Shown in pieces: positions 47,045-57,879 of a stretch of 64,000 nt of DNA. Made by a program: the position numbers and the translations under genes. This DNA comes from a virus (taxonomy: Duplodnaviria; Caudoviricetes): IMG/VR virus record IMGVR_UViG_2890906962_000004, positions 28,175 through 92,174 of that record. One strand, given 5' to 3'. The notes beneath the pieces were generated by a model. The model was not told where the DNA came from, ran no database searches, and was given only the letters and a program-made list of their open reading frames with translations. Within the stretch, counting starts at the first letter, position 1. Each line of letters opens with the position of its first letter.

Positions 47045-50000
47045 ATGTCGATTAAAGATATTTTGAGCGGTGTAGCGTCTATGGACGACTTAATCGCTCT
47101 TATGGAGAAGGCTTATAAGCACCGAGATCCGGTCGCTTATGGCGTCATTAAAGTGGAGGGCGTCAGCCTTCAAAAAACGCGGCGCACGGCCAACGATGCC
47201 GCGATTGAATTACTCAATGAATTACCGATTGGTACAGACGGCAATACGCTGAGTGATGAACAACGTGCAATTCTGGCTAAGTACACTGGTGAGGGTGGGC
47301 TGCAAGGCGAGGGCGGTAGTCAATATGAATACTACACGCCGCAGTTTATGGCCGAAGGTATTTGGGACTTAATGAAAGAGTACGGCGCAAGTGTAGGTCA
47401 TGTACTTGAACCGTCAGCCGGCACGGGGATTTTCCAGGAAACTAAGCCGACTACCTCTATCATGTCGAGTGCTGAAATCTCGCCTATTTCTGGACGTATT
47501 AACAAGCTATTGCACCCCGAAGATGAAGTGAATTTAGGGGCCTTTGAGAAGTTAGCGAGCGCGGTACCGGATGGGACATACGATCATGCAGTGGGTAACG
47601 TTCCGTTTGGTGAAGGGCGGTCCGGTTTTGCTCAACTTGATCCGGCTTATGCGCAAGAGAAGAACATCGGTAATTACTTTGTACTGCGTACCATCGACAA
47701 GGTTAAGCCAGGCGGTTTAGTTGTGCTGGTGGTGCCTAACGGTATGACTGACAGTACCAAGAGCAAAAAACTACGCGACCAGGTATCACGCAAGGCTGAG
47801 TTTTTAGGCGCGCACCGTATGCCGTCTGGCACCTTTGCTGAGTCTGGCACCTCAACGGTTGTCGATGTGTGGGTCCTGCGCAAGCATACCGAAGCGCTCA
47901 AGACGATTATTGATGACAGTACCGACAAGGTATTGAAGCAAGCCAGCGTCTTATGGCCGGAATTCTTAACGGGTAAATGGTTCCTGCAGGACGGTAAAAA
48001 ATTCGTGCACGGGGAAATGGAGCGCACCGACTATCAAAACATGCTGGTGGTCAAAAAGGATGCGCAAATCACCGATGCTGCCATGAAAACTGCGTTATCA
48101 CGCCGCTTTGAATCCCGTATTGATTATGACGCGTTAGGTACTCCCACTAGCACCTTCCAAGGCGCGAAAGAAGGGGATAAACGGCTTGTTTCCGGTATTT
48201 GGCATGAATTTAACGGTCAGGTGTGGGTTAAACAGACGCAAAGCGATACAACCGTTGTGGATGCAACGCAATTTGGTGCTCAGAATTACGCTGAGTTAAG
48301 CGGCCGGACTTCCTCAACTGAGGGGCTATTGAGCTTTAACGCCGAGCAGCTGCAGAACATCGCGCGAAGCTACCCGAATCTATTAACCGAGCAAGTTCAT
48401 GCCGTTGTTCAATTCGCTAACTCACAGCCGCCGGCTACCCGTGAAAGAATTTTACGGGGTGGCATGATTGGCCTTGAAATCATTAAGGGAACCGACAGCG
48501 CGGCACTAGGACAAGACTCAGCCGAAATCTTTGCCGATGCCGCGAAGCTTGTTAGTGCTGAGTTTGATCAGTATGGCCGGTGCGACACGATTAAGGCTAA
48601 AAACCTTTCCGATCCGCGCTCCCGTGCCTGGTTAGCGTTTAAGGGGAATGTTTCACCCACTGGCGAAGTCTCAGAACTCTTGTCAGGTACGCTAGATACC
48701 GAGGCGGCAGTGGGGGTTAACTTAGCGGACCCCGAGCAAGTTATCGCGCACCTCTTTAGCCAGGTAAGTTTAACGCCGGTCACGCTTGATGACTTTCGGG
48801 CAAACTTCACGGGCGAGCTGCCGGCAGATGATGACGCTGCACTGACCTACCTCGCGCAATTTAAAGAAATCGCCCTCGATGGCAACGGCAACTTACTGCC
48901 GATGACGCGCGCCACCTCCGGCGATGTACGCGGTCGTGCTAAAGACCTCTTAGCGCTGGCCGGCTCCGTGCCAGAAGGCCACCAGCAAGATAACTACCTA
49001 CGCCAGATTGATGAAATCAACGCGAAACGTGGTCGTATCGAGCTGAAAAAAATCAAAATTAACCTCAATGCGCGCTGGCTTGACCGCCGACTTATCCAGG
49101 AGTTTTTAGCGGATCAGGGTTATGACCAGTTCAAGTACACCACGCCTGATCTCGATATTCAAAACGGCGAGCTTTTATCGCCAGATGGATATGTCGGAAA
49201 AGATGGCGTGTTCACCGGCTACCAGATGCGTACCGTGGTTTCACCGAAAACAGGTGAAAAAGAGTTTAAAAAGGCCACTAATGCTGACGGTTTCCTGAAC
49301 CAGTTAGAAAACTACCTCAACGGCGTAAAGCCGCGCGGCTCTAATGCAGGTAAATACCTGACCAAAATCGCTGCCATGGAGGAAAGCTTTAACGAGTGGA
49401 TCGCCTCTCACGCCAGCGCCGAACAGGTTGAGGATGACTACAACGATGCGTTTAACGGTTATGTGGCGTTCGCGCACTCAGATGCGAGCCTGAACCTAAC
49501 CGGGATTAGTGGCAAACGCATACCAATGAGTCACCAAAACGAGGAAGTGCGCCGCTTATCAGAAGATGGCCGGGGCATAATGGGCTTTGGTACCGGGCTT
49601 GGGAAAACAACAACCGGCTTAGCACTTGAAGCGTATAACTTTGAGAATGGCCGGACGAAACGCACCGCGACCGTAGTACCGAAAGCCGTCTATCAAAACT
49701 GGTACCACGAAGCGCGCGAATTCTATTCGGATGAAGCTTTCTCCACGATGCTGTTTGTTGGCCTCGATGTGGTGACGGGGGATGACGGTAAACCATTAAC
49801 CGCGCCGGTGCGTAACGAGAAAAACGAAATCGTCACGGATAAAGACGGTAATCCCGTTGTGCGTGATGTGGTTAAGGAGTCCTCAGCCGCCGATATTCTG
49901 CTACGCCTGAACCAGATCCCTACGTCTAACTGGCGAAACGTGATCCTGACTAAAGAGCAATTCGCCTCAATTCCACTGCGCCAAGAGACTATTGAAGCGA

Positions 50001-53000
50001 ACCAACAACAAGCCGTATTCGATGCGATTGAATCTGGCCGCGTTGATATTGGTAAATCCTCGCACCGTGAAGCGAGCAAGATTAACCGCCTCAAGGACAA
50101 AGCCGCCGACACCGGCAGCGCGAAAAAGCAGAACGTACCGTATTTTGAGGACATGAATTTTGACAGTGTGATCGCCGATGAAGGCCACAACTACCGAAAC
50201 TCATTCTCTGCAGGGCGTGAAGCCGGACAACTAGCCTATCTGCCGACCTCTGCAGTCTCGCAAATCTCGCGTGACATGGCGGTGAAGTCGTCTTATCTGA
50301 TGAATAAGAACAATGGCCGTGGCGTAGTCATGCTGACCGCAACACCGCTCGTTAACTCCCCGATTGATGCGTTTAACATGCTTTCGCACGTTATTCCTGC
50401 AGGTGAGTGGCAAGCGATGGGCGTTTATACGCCGGATGACTTTGTTAGGGTATTCGGTGAAACAGCGACCGTGGATGTTCAGGCCATTTCAGGCGCTATC
50501 GAACAGAAACAGGGGCTAGTGGGCTTTAAAAACCTTGATGGCTTGCGTGGTATCTTCCACCGTTGGGCGTCAATCAAGACCGCTGCAGACGTTAAGGCTA
50601 CCGTCAAAATACCGGATATTATCGAGAAATCCGTAGCGGTACCGATGACAGACGAGCAATCAGAAGCCTATGAAGTGCTACGTCAACGGGCGACCTTGCT
50701 CAGTAGCGGCACGTCCCTGGTTAAAATGGATGATGGCGATACAGGCGTATCAAACTCTAAGCCTGACGATGCTATTTTCTCAATTATCCGCGACATGGAT
50801 AAGGTTTCACTGGATCCTGATTTATACAAAAACCAGATGCGTTTTCAGTTCAAGCCCGAAGACGCGGAAAAAGTTAAGGCAATTGTCGCTAAGTTACCGC
50901 TCTCAGCCGGTGGCAGTGATGACGAAGACGAAGACGACAACGGCAGTGATAACCCTCTCAAACAGTCGAAAGAAATCACGACAACGCTTACCGATAACGG
51001 GACTTACTTAGAGCTGACAGTCAGTGTCGAGCTCGAAAAAGAGGTGCTCAAGGCCATTGCTGATGCAGGTATTGATCTCAATCAAGTTTCCCATCCGGTA
51101 CCGCCTAAATACGCGGCCCTTATCGAAAACCTCAAGACCGGACTAGAAGACGGTAAGCAAATCATCTTCATTGATGAAAAGACGCAGCACGGCAAATTAC
51201 AGCGCATTATCTCTCAAGCCCTGGGAATGGATGCAAGCCAGATAGGGATTATCAATGCCACAACCGTTGCAAGCGCTGGTGGACCAAAAATCAAAGCCGT
51301 TAAGCAGCCGGTGGAGCCGAAAGAGGGTAAAAACGGCTACAAAGATGGCGCGTGGGAGAAGTATTACGCGGATAAGGCTCGTTATGAGGACTACATCGCT
51401 GCCAAAAGCGATGTAAGCTTGTCTGGCATGGAAGGTATCGCCGCTGACTACAACGAAGGCCGTACCCCTATCGTTATCTGTAACAAGAAAGCGGAAGTCG
51501 GGATCAACCTTCACAAAGGGACCACGGACATTCACCATTTAACGTTCCCGTGGACACCGGCGAGTATTAACCAACGTAACGGACGTGGCGCGCGCGTGGG
51601 ATCGAGTAATGAATCTGTCCGGGCGCATTACTATTGCGGCAAAGGAACCTTTGATGACTTCCGCTTAGAGACACTGCAGCGTAAAAAAGATTGGCTGACC
51701 ACGGTAATGACGTCTGACGAGTCTGAAATGGCGAACGGTGACGCCGCAAGCCATGAAGAACGTGCCGTTATGCTTGCTGCAAACCCCGAAGAACGCCGCG
51801 CAATGCTTGCCAAGCAAAAGGCTGAGCGTGAGGCGGAGCAAAAGCGCGTAGCGACTCAGAACGCGACTAATGCCCTCAATACCTACCTAAAAGCCAGTAA
51901 TGCTGCCTCAAGACCGATTGAGCAGCTACAGAGTGAAGTTGATACAGCCACCAAAGCGGTAGCTGATTTAGGGGTGGATCTCGAAAAAGCGCGTGAAAAC
52001 CAGACGTACTACGAGGAAGCCATGAAGGATAGCCGCACCTCGCTATCGAGCTACTACCAAGGTGAGCGCCGCAATGCGCGCCGGAAGTTCAAAGAAGTCA
52101 GCGCAAGCTTGCTAGACGCACAAGACACACTCAAGAAGGCAAACAATGCCCTTAAACGTGCGAAAAGTGCTGGTAGTGCTATCAAGCGGTCGCTCGCAGA
52201 CGTGCAACGATCTGTTAAAGATGGCGTATTAGATATTGACCAGGACGTGATTAATAATCCAGCCTCTTATACTCAGTTACCGGATGGACGCCTGGTTAAA
52301 GTCGGCAACTACTTTAAAACATCGGCCAATGAAGAAGGCGACATTACCGCCGTTGTTCGCCTAACAGCCATTTACCCGGAAAAAGGTAGCTGTAGCGTTG
52401 AGGTGATCAATATCACAAGGTCCTCTGGCTATTCCTACACAAATTGGGGACCAGGCGACACGCGCAATGTGACCATGAGCAATTTAGGTGAGAAGGTCAC
52501 TCTCTCAGATAGTGATGCACAGTTGCTTAAACGCGCGGCAATGGGCGTTCTTAGTACCGAGATTGCGAGCAGTTTTACGGCAAGTAAATTCGCTGAGCTC
52601 ACTAAAGATGCCGGAATTAAGGTGAACGTGGTCCGTAACAGCTATTCATCTAGCGGTGCTGACTACTGGTTAGCTGATAAAGGAGGCAAGCTTGCGAGCG
52701 TTAGCATGTCCCGTGACACCCTCCAAGGGGATAACCTGCTTTACCCTGATTCGAGTAATGAGCAGTTAAAAACCCGTGTTGCTGAGTGGTACCACGATTC
52801 CAGTAATTCTAGTTATGGGCTTAAAGAGTTTCTTAAAGCGTTATATGGATCTAATTACCTAACTATCCTTCAAAGTTACGGCGCGCAAGCCACCATCAAA
52901 GACGTTGAGCCGGTTTACGATAAGTTCATTGCTAAGTGTGAGGAAAAATACCCTCAGTACGGCTCATTCTTCCACACTGACCTAGAACAAGGTAAGGCGT

Positions 53001-53941
53001 TCTACTTCACCAAGACCGAAGCACTAAGCCGCTGGCAATATAGCATTTCTGATTACTCTGTCCGGGGAGAATTGACCGCGAAATTCTCAAACGAGAAAGA
53101 GATCACCGAGTTTATCCGTACCGTTAAAGAGGCGCGCATGAAGGCGAAAGGCGATGCCCTGGCGCAAGCTGGCGCTGAGTACGGCCAAGCTGTCATTAAG
53201 GCGATTAATACCGTGTCACAAACGCAGATAAACAGCGCGCTATCGGACATGGTAGGGGTTGGCTATTACAACCTAATCAACACGGCCAGAAACGACCAAG
53301 AGGCGATCCGCTCCGATATTCCACTGTATATCGCTACAGGGGTATTTTTCGGGGCTGTCATGCAATCAGAAGTCGATGACGCGAAAACATGGAGCGCGAT
53401 TACACAGCTAGTCACCTCCACCAGCCAAACTATCAACGCACTAAGAGCCGGTAAGTATCAAGATTCTGGCCGCGTAGAAGGTGAAGCCGACATGACCTTT
53501 GATGAATGGATTAAGGCGTTAACGGGCGAGCTAACCGATGCAGAACGCGAAACTATTAAAACCAATGCCGCTAAATCTGCCGCCGTGGCAGACCAGACGG
53601 TTGAGGCTGAGGTAGAGAGCCAACAGGCAGACGGTTACACAATTAACGTTGTGAAAAATGACCTTAACGCGAGTATTAAGTCTAAATTCCGTGGCCGTTT
53701 CTACACGCGCACCTTGAACATTGAAGCCGGTAACGGCGTGGTGCTGGTGGATGTAGGCAGTGAACCGGTACTTAAACAGAAGGAAGTTCGAGAGCTATTA
53801 AAGACTCAATACGGCGCAATCTTTTGGGACTTTTCACAGAATCCGGTCGCCGGTAGTGACTTCAATATGCCAGCTTGGGTGATTGAAAAGAGCGTGGATC
53901 AGATGCAACTAAAAACCGCGATAAATCGCGTTAGAAAATAG
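47045..53941 (+). CDS. darB: DarB antirestriction protein (N6-methyltransferase + SNF2-like helicase)
   Basis: EYYTP, LEPSAGTG and GNVPF (MTase); GTGLGKT, DEGHN, LTATP and QRNGRGAR (helicase). Confidence 0.95.
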   Translation: MSIKDILSGVASMDDLIALMEKAYKHRDPVAYGVIKVEGVSLQKTRRTANDAAIELLNELPIGTDGNTLSDEQRAILAKYTGEGGLQGEGGSQYEYYTPQFMAEGIWDLMKEYGASVGHVLEPSAGTGIFQETKPTTSIMSSAEISPISGRINKLLHPEDEVNLGAFEKLASAVPDGTYDHAVGNVPFGEGRSGFAQLDPAYAQEKNIGNYFVLRTIDKVKPGGLVVLVVPNGMTDSTKSKKLRDQVSRKAEFLGAHRMPSGTFAESGTSTVVDVWVLRKHTEALKTIIDDSTDKVLKQASVLWPEFLTGKWFLQDGKKFVHGEMERTDYQNMLVVKKDAQITDAAMKTALSRRFESRIDYDALGTPTSTFQGAKEGDKRLVSGIWHEFNGQVWVKQTQSDTTVVDATQFGAQNYAELSGRTSSTEGLLSFNAEQLQNIARSYPNLLTEQVHAVVQFANSQPPATRERILRGGMIGLEIIKGTDSAALGQDSAEIFADAAKLVSAEFDQYGRCDTIKAKNLSDPRSRAWLAFKGNVSPTGEVSELLSGTLDTEAAVGVNLADPEQVIAHLFSQVSLTPVTLDDFRANFTGELPADDDAALTYLAQFKEIALDGNGNLLPMTRATSGDVRGRAKDLLALAGSVPEGHQQDNYLRQIDEINAKRGRIELKKIKINLNARWLDRRLIQEFLADQGYDQFKYTTPDLDIQNGELLSPDGYVGKDGVFTGYQMRTVVSPKTGEKEFKKATNADGFLNQLENYLNGVKPRGSNAGKYLTKIAAMEESFNEWIASHASAEQVEDDYNDAFNGYVAFAHSDASLNLTGISGKRIPMSHQNEEVRRLSEDGRGIMGFGTGLGKTTTGLALEAYNFENGRTKRTATVVPKAVYQNWYHEAREFYSDEAFSTMLFVGLDVVTGDDGKPLTAPVRNEKNEIVTDKDGNPVVRDVVKESSAADILLRLNQIPTSNWRNVILTKEQFASIPLRQETIEANQQQAVFDAIESGRVDIGKSSHREASKINRLKDKAADTGSAKKQNVPYFEDMNFDSVIADEGHNYRNSFSAGREAGQLAYLPTSAVSQISRDMAVKSSYLMNKNNGRGVVMLTATPLVNSPIDAFNMLSHVIPAGEWQAMGVYTPDDFVRVFGETATVDVQAISGAIEQKQGLVGFKNLDGLRGIFHRWASIKTAADVKATVKIPDIIEKSVAVPMTDEQSEAYEVLRQRATLLSSGTSLVKMDDGDTGVSNSKPDDAIFSIIRDMDKVSLDPDLYKNQMRFQFKPEDAEKVKAIVAKLPLSAGGSDDEDEDDNGSDNPLKQSKEITTTLTDNGTYLELTVSVELEKEVLKAIADAGIDLNQVSHPVPPKYAALIENLKTGLEDGKQIIFIDEKTQHGKLQRIISQALGMDASQIGIINATTVASAGGPKIKAVKQPVEPKEGKNGYKDGAWEKYYADKARYEDYIAAKSDVSLSGMEGIAADYNEGRTPIVICNKKAEVGINLHKGTTDIHHLTFPWTPASINQRNGRGARVGSSNESVRAHYYCGKGTFDDFRLETLQRKKDWLTTVMTSDESEMANGDAASHEERAVMLAANPEERRAMLAKQKAEREAEQKRVATQNATNALNTYLKASNAASRPIEQLQSEVDTATKAVADLGVDLEKARENQTYYEEAMKDSRTSLSSYYQGERRNARRKFKEVSASLLDAQDTLKKANNALKRAKSAGSAIKRSLADVQRSVKDGVLDIDQDVINNPASYTQLPDGRLVKVGNYFKTSANEEGDITAVVRLTAIYPEKGSCSVEVINITRSSGYSYTNWGPGDTRNVTMSNLGEKVTLSDSDAQLLKRAAMGVLSTEIASSFTASKFAELTKDAGIKVNVVRNSYSSSGADYWLADKGGKLASVSMSRDTLQGDNLLYPDSSNEQLKTRVAEWYHDSSNSSYGLKEFLKALYGSNYLTILQSYGAQATIKDVEPVYDKFIAKCEEKYPQYGSFFHTDLEQGKAFYFTKTEALSRWQYSISDYSVRGELTAKFSNEKEITEFIRTVKEARMKAKGDALAQAGAEYGQAVIKAINTVSQTQINSALSDMVGVGYYNLINTARNDQEAIRSDIPLYIATGVFFGAVMQSEVDDAKTWSAITQLVTSTSQTINALRAGKYQDSGRVEGEADMTFDEWIKALTGELTDAERETIKTNAAKSAAVADQTVEAEVESQQADGYTINVVKNDLNASIKSKFRGRFYTRTLNIEAGNGVVLVDVGSEPVLKQKEVRELLKTQYGAIFWDFSQNPVAGSDFNMPAWVIEKSVDQMQLKTAINRVRK

Positions 53942-54029
53942 ACATAAACCTAATAATCAGGGCGGTAATATTCGCTCTGATTACACTATAGATATACAAT
54001 ATAAAATATATATAAAAGGTTAATAGAAT

Positions 54030-54491
54030 ATGACAACTTTAGTCGATACTGTAATACCACAAGAGGCATATTTAGAGGGAATATTACGAGGTGTAATGCC
54101 AGATGGTATGACCGAAAATAATTACTTGGACAGTTCACTCGCTAATATTAAATCGCTGATCCTTTCGCAGCCAGAACGCTATATTGCGTATGGTCCATGG
54201 TGGCCGGCACTAAAACAATTGATAGTCGAAAGTGGGGAATACGGACTAGGACAAAATATAGATAGTGACGTGGCAGCAATCTACTCTTACCAGCGTCCGG
54301 CCCTAACGGTTCTTTCTGCCATAATTTACAGTGCTGAGCGTCTTGTTGATCACATTGTTACCGACCCGTATCATTACCTTGATGTATCAGAAAGTGCCGA
54401 TGATACAGAGCCTTATATGTATGTGAGTACAGATATTTCGATAACAAAATTCAACTTACCGACACAGGGGAGCGACCAAAAAAGTGACTAA
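54030..54491 (+). CDS. ulx: Ulx (aids DarB packaging)
   Basis: YGPWWPALK, IDSDV..IYSYQRPALT match recalled P1 Ulx; synteny. Confidence 0.85.
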   Translation: MTTLVDTVIPQEAYLEGILRGVMPDGMTENNYLDSSLANIKSLILSQPERYIAYGPWWPALKQLIVESGEYGLGQNIDSDVAAIYSYQRPALTVLSAIIYSAERLVDHIVTDPYHYLDVSESADDTEPYMYVSTDISITKFNLPTQGSDQKSD

Positions 54492-54735
54492 ATATAAGCG
54501 CGTTTACTGGAAGGATATTGCTGAACTTTGTGCAGCAAATGGCTCGGCAATTTTGCAGCATCCACAGTCCCGATCGATGACCTATGTAGCGAAATCAGGA
54601 CACTCTGTATGGTTAATTAACCCTGAAACAGAGAGGGTGATCAAAAAACTATCAGAATTAACGTTAAGCGAGTGGAAAGCACTAATTGACGAAACTCAAT
54701 TAAATATTGAAGGGCAAATTAATAAAAATTTATAG
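54484..54735 (+). CDS. small protein in the P1 lxc position (possible C1 corepressor)
   Basis: Synteny after ulx, similar size, weak C-terminal EW..LID similarity. Confidence 0.5.
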   Translation: MTKYKRVYWKDIAELCAANGSAILQHPQSRSMTYVAKSGHSVWLINPETERVIKKLSELTLSEWKALIDETQLNIEGQINKNL

Positions 54736-54791
54736 TAATTATAAATAATACAAGGATACAATATTGCTTTATAACAGTATGTAGCGAAATT

Positions 54792-55313
54792 ATGACTTTA
54801 CGGTTCTCAGAAGACTGGTATCAAGGCTACGTGAGTAAGAAATCGGTACCATCTAAAGCTAAAGTTACAACCAAAAAGCGAGCGAACCGTAAAGTTGCAA
54901 CGAACGTTAGTCCTCATGCTATCGCACTGGCAAAATTAGCCAAAAATCCAAGCTTAGAAGATGGAAAAGGCGAGCACTATTCGCAGGTTCGCTATTTTGA
55001 TTATTTTGAGCGCTTTCACCCCGATGTGTACGATCTGATCCACGCCACGCCTAACGGTGGATATAGAACGGAAAAAGCCGGGGCAGAAATGAGAGCGGAA
55101 GGGCAAAAAAAAGGGTACCCCGATATTTCTTTAGACTCAGCGCAGCAAGGCTTTTATGGACTGAGAATAGAGATGAAATATGGAAAGAACAGCCTCACAG
55201 CAGAGCAAAAGATTTGGCGTGAAAGGCTTGAAGGGCAGGGATATAAGTACGTTGAATGTCGTTCTACAGAAGAAGCAATTAGCGTGACACTTGATTATAT
55301 GAATTTGAACTAG
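54792..55313 (+). CDS. VRR-NUC domain nuclease
   Basis: HATPNGG, EGQKKGYPD, IEMK, QKIW..L...GY motifs. Confidence 0.88.
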   Translation: MTLRFSEDWYQGYVSKKSVPSKAKVTTKKRANRKVATNVSPHAIALAKLAKNPSLEDGKGEHYSQVRYFDYFERFHPDVYDLIHATPNGGYRTEKAGAEMRAEGQKKGYPDISLDSAQQGFYGLRIEMKYGKNSLTAEQKIWRERLEGQGYKYVECRSTEEAISVTLDYMNLN

Positions 55314-55323
55314 GGAATTTCTC

Positions 55324-55581
55324 TTGAAAGAAGCATCATTACAATCACAGCACGAAAACAAGACAGCTACTAACCTCACGTACACTGAGGTAGAGTCTTT
55401 ACTAAACGCTAAACATGGTAACGCTTCCTTTTACCGTGCCAGTTGGCCGAAAGGCGAGTTTTTATTCATCGAAATAAGTACCAAAGAGATCCAAGTCGTG
55501 CGTGATGGGAAGATACAAGGTCCAGCAAGGTTTATGCCGGACGATCTATTAGCGAACGATTGGATAGTTGAGGCAATGTAA
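55324..55581 (+). CDS. DUF2829/Tad2-like protein
   Basis: FYRASWPKGEFL ... DDLLANDWIV. Confidence 0.68.
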   Translation: MKEASLQSQHENKTATNLTYTEVESLLNAKHGNASFYRASWPKGEFLFIEISTKEIQVVRDGKIQGPARFMPDDLLANDWIVEAM

Positions 55582-55583
55582 TT

Positions 55584-55877
55584 GTGCGTAGTCACTTTTT
55601 TAGCGTCACGCTGGCCGACACTGACGGCCGGATGCAGACCAGCATTATCAAACACAGCGAACGAAACCTTACCGCGCCTGTAATTAATGCGCAGTTGGTT
55701 GAGGTTAACGCTTATCAGCCTGTCATTATCGCTTCCATCAATTACCTAGGGAAAATGTCAGATCACTACTTTGAAACGGGCTTTAAAAAGCTGGTGGATC
55801 ATTGGTGGTCAAAGTGGGTGATATTGCCCTCAATAGGTTTTGCGCTCGGTACCGCCGCGTATTGGCTCTACCCATAA
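55584..55877 (+). CDS. hypothetical protein with a C-terminal TM
   Basis: SINYLGKMS motif and hydrophobic C-terminus. Confidence 0.55.
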   Translation: MRSHFFSVTLADTDGRMQTSIIKHSERNLTAPVINAQLVEVNAYQPVIIASINYLGKMSDHYFETGFKKLVDHWWSKWVILPSIGFALGTAAYWLYP

Positions 55878-55923
55878 AGAATTCTAAAAGCTCGGTTATG
55901 CCGGGCTTTTTGCTATATGAAGC

Positions 55924-57414
55924 TTGATAAAACGGTTACAACCTTATAGATTTACGCGCAATTATTATCTATTAGAGTATTGTAGGCGTAAAATGGAACC
56001 ACAAGCACAAGCAGAAATCCTCGAATTACCAGCCATCGTGCCAGGCGAAACCCCTTATACAGACGATTATTTCCAGCAAGCGGCCATGTCAGCCCTTAGC
56101 CAATTGGACATGGTGATCCACCGCTGCAAAGGTGATGACCTCAACATTAAAGCGATTCAAAACTGTAAAAGTGTTGTTGAACAGGTGATTGCCGACCTAA
56201 ACGCGCGCCTAGACCACGAGGCGAGCGAATATAATGGCGTATTGGACGTGGTAGAGCAGCTGCATGACCGCCTCAAAGAGTCTTTATCTGCGATTGAGTC
56301 CCTAAAGGCGCAAGCCGCGACCGGCAGTCAGACATTAAGCGAACGGTTAGCCGAAGAAATCGACAAATCCGATACCTTGCAAGCCTGTTACGACCGCTTA
56401 GAAGCCAAGTTTGAAGCGTTTCGCCACGAACACGAAAAGATGGTGATTAATAATGATCGGGTAGCGGAGGTTGCTGCCATTCAATTACGCCAGGAACGTG
56501 CGGAGTTTGCCCATTACCGTAAGGCACTGCCAGAAAGCCTGAGCAAAGACAATCAAAAGCTGCAGCAAGAGAACGCCAAGTTACGCGCTGATCGCCGCGA
56601 AGATGCTAAGGTTCGCCAGGAGATATTAACGACCAATAAAAAATTATCGTCCGAAAATAATACTCTGCAGCGTAAGCTATCTGACACCGAAAAATCAGCG
56701 AATAATATTCAGTTACGCAATCTCAATCTTGAGCATGACATGGCTGAAATGGCCCACCACATAAACCGTATGTCCGGTACTGATGGTTATACCGAGCACA
56801 CAACGAGATCAATTGCCGGCCATAATATCACTTGTCACATAAACACGTTCCATCATCAAATCCTCATGCCGTTATATGGCGATTTTACTGAACGTGATTG
56901 CCACTACGGGGTAAATGCACACTGGCAGATTAGAACGGCCACCATGATCGATATGACTGTATTAGCGTCACCGTGGGGCAGAGCTATATTCTATAAGCTA
57001 CCGCACCTAGAACAGCACTGGAACGAAGATATAACCATAGATTTAGAAGGGCGCATAGAAGCCACCTTTGAGGTAGAAACGCCACAGCTCTATAAGCGGA
57101 TTAAAGCCGGTGAGGAAGCCCCATTATCAGATCTAAATCTTTCCACGCGTACAGCCAACACACTTATGGCTAACCGTTTTGTGACGGTACGTGATGTGGC
57201 GGCGATTCTGACACCGGAATTTAAAGATATTGATGGGTGCGGTGACGCGATGACTAAAGAGATCATTAACGCTGTGATCACCTGGGAAAACAACTGGTCA
57301 GCGGAGAACGGGGATATTGAGGAATACCGCCGTAGCAAGCTTTCTGGCCTCAAAATGCCTAATGAACCTAACCGCGAACAACGTCGCAAACAGAAGGCAA
57401 AGAATAAACAGTGA
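55924..57414 (+). CDS. coiled-coil protein with an RNAP alpha-CTD-like domain (P1 PmgS-like)
   Basis: Long coiled coil; PLSDLNLSTRTANTL...IDGCG..MTKEI; true start probably MEPQ at 55993. Confidence 0.65.
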   Translation: MIKRLQPYRFTRNYYLLEYCRRKMEPQAQAEILELPAIVPGETPYTDDYFQQAAMSALSQLDMVIHRCKGDDLNIKAIQNCKSVVEQVIADLNARLDHEASEYNGVLDVVEQLHDRLKESLSAIESLKAQAATGSQTLSERLAEEIDKSDTLQACYDRLEAKFEAFRHEHEKMVINNDRVAEVAAIQLRQERAEFAHYRKALPESLSKDNQKLQQENAKLRADRREDAKVRQEILTTNKKLSSENNTLQRKLSDTEKSANNIQLRNLNLEHDMAEMAHHINRMSGTDGYTEHTTRSIAGHNITCHINTFHHQILMPLYGDFTERDCHYGVNAHWQIRTATMIDMTVLASPWGRAIFYKLPHLEQHWNEDITIDLEGRIEATFEVETPQLYKRIKAGEEAPLSDLNLSTRTANTLMANRFVTVRDVAAILTPEFKDIDGCGDAMTKEIINAVITWENNWSAENGDIEEYRRSKLSGLKMPNEPNREQRRKQKAKNKQ

Positions 57415-57443
57415 TCAGTCGAAATTTTTTATCTGATTTCTGC

Positions 57444-57472
57444 TAGACAATTATAACCGGTAAATGTATATT
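57444..57472 (+). promoter_or_regulatory. sigma70 promoter
   Basis: TAGACA-17-TATATT. Confidence 0.6.
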
Positions 57473-57477
57473 TTGTC

Positions 57478-57850
57478 TTGTGACGTCATACGGCCTCAAG
57501 CTTAGCAGCAGTTTCATCGGAGGCGTCACAATCTGTAGTTTTAGTAGTAGGCACGTTTTTTGTCGGGGTGGTGGGCTAGTTTTATTTATACTCCATATGG
57601 ATTGATTTTCCCATCACCCCGCCGAATCTAAAACATTTAATTCAATACTAGTTTATTAAATTATTGCAGATACTATCACTCAGCCGCCTTTGAGCTCATG
57701 GGCATTAGGCGACTTAGGCGGCTGACTGATAGTGAATGAACGGCGCTATCGGTGTTGAACTACCTGACATACCTTTGATTGCAACATTATAAAAGACCTT
57801 TGTATCAGTAGTCTTTGCCAGCGGGAGCTAAACACTTCCGCTTTTTTTTT
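57478..57850 (+). ncRNA. putative structured RNA / leader with several long hairpins and a terminator
   Basis: Stems 57478-57487/57522-57531, 57564-57575/57610-57621 and 57672-57689/57716-57733; terminator 57821-57850; no ORF of 60 aa or more. Confidence 0.55.
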
Positions 57851-57879
57851 GCCTGAATTTACATAAGCACCTTGGAACC

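Noticed and set aside
57478-57850. tRNA genes or a P1 C4 RNA
   Set aside because: No T-loop GTTCRA or cloverleaf, and no adjacent icd-ant genes
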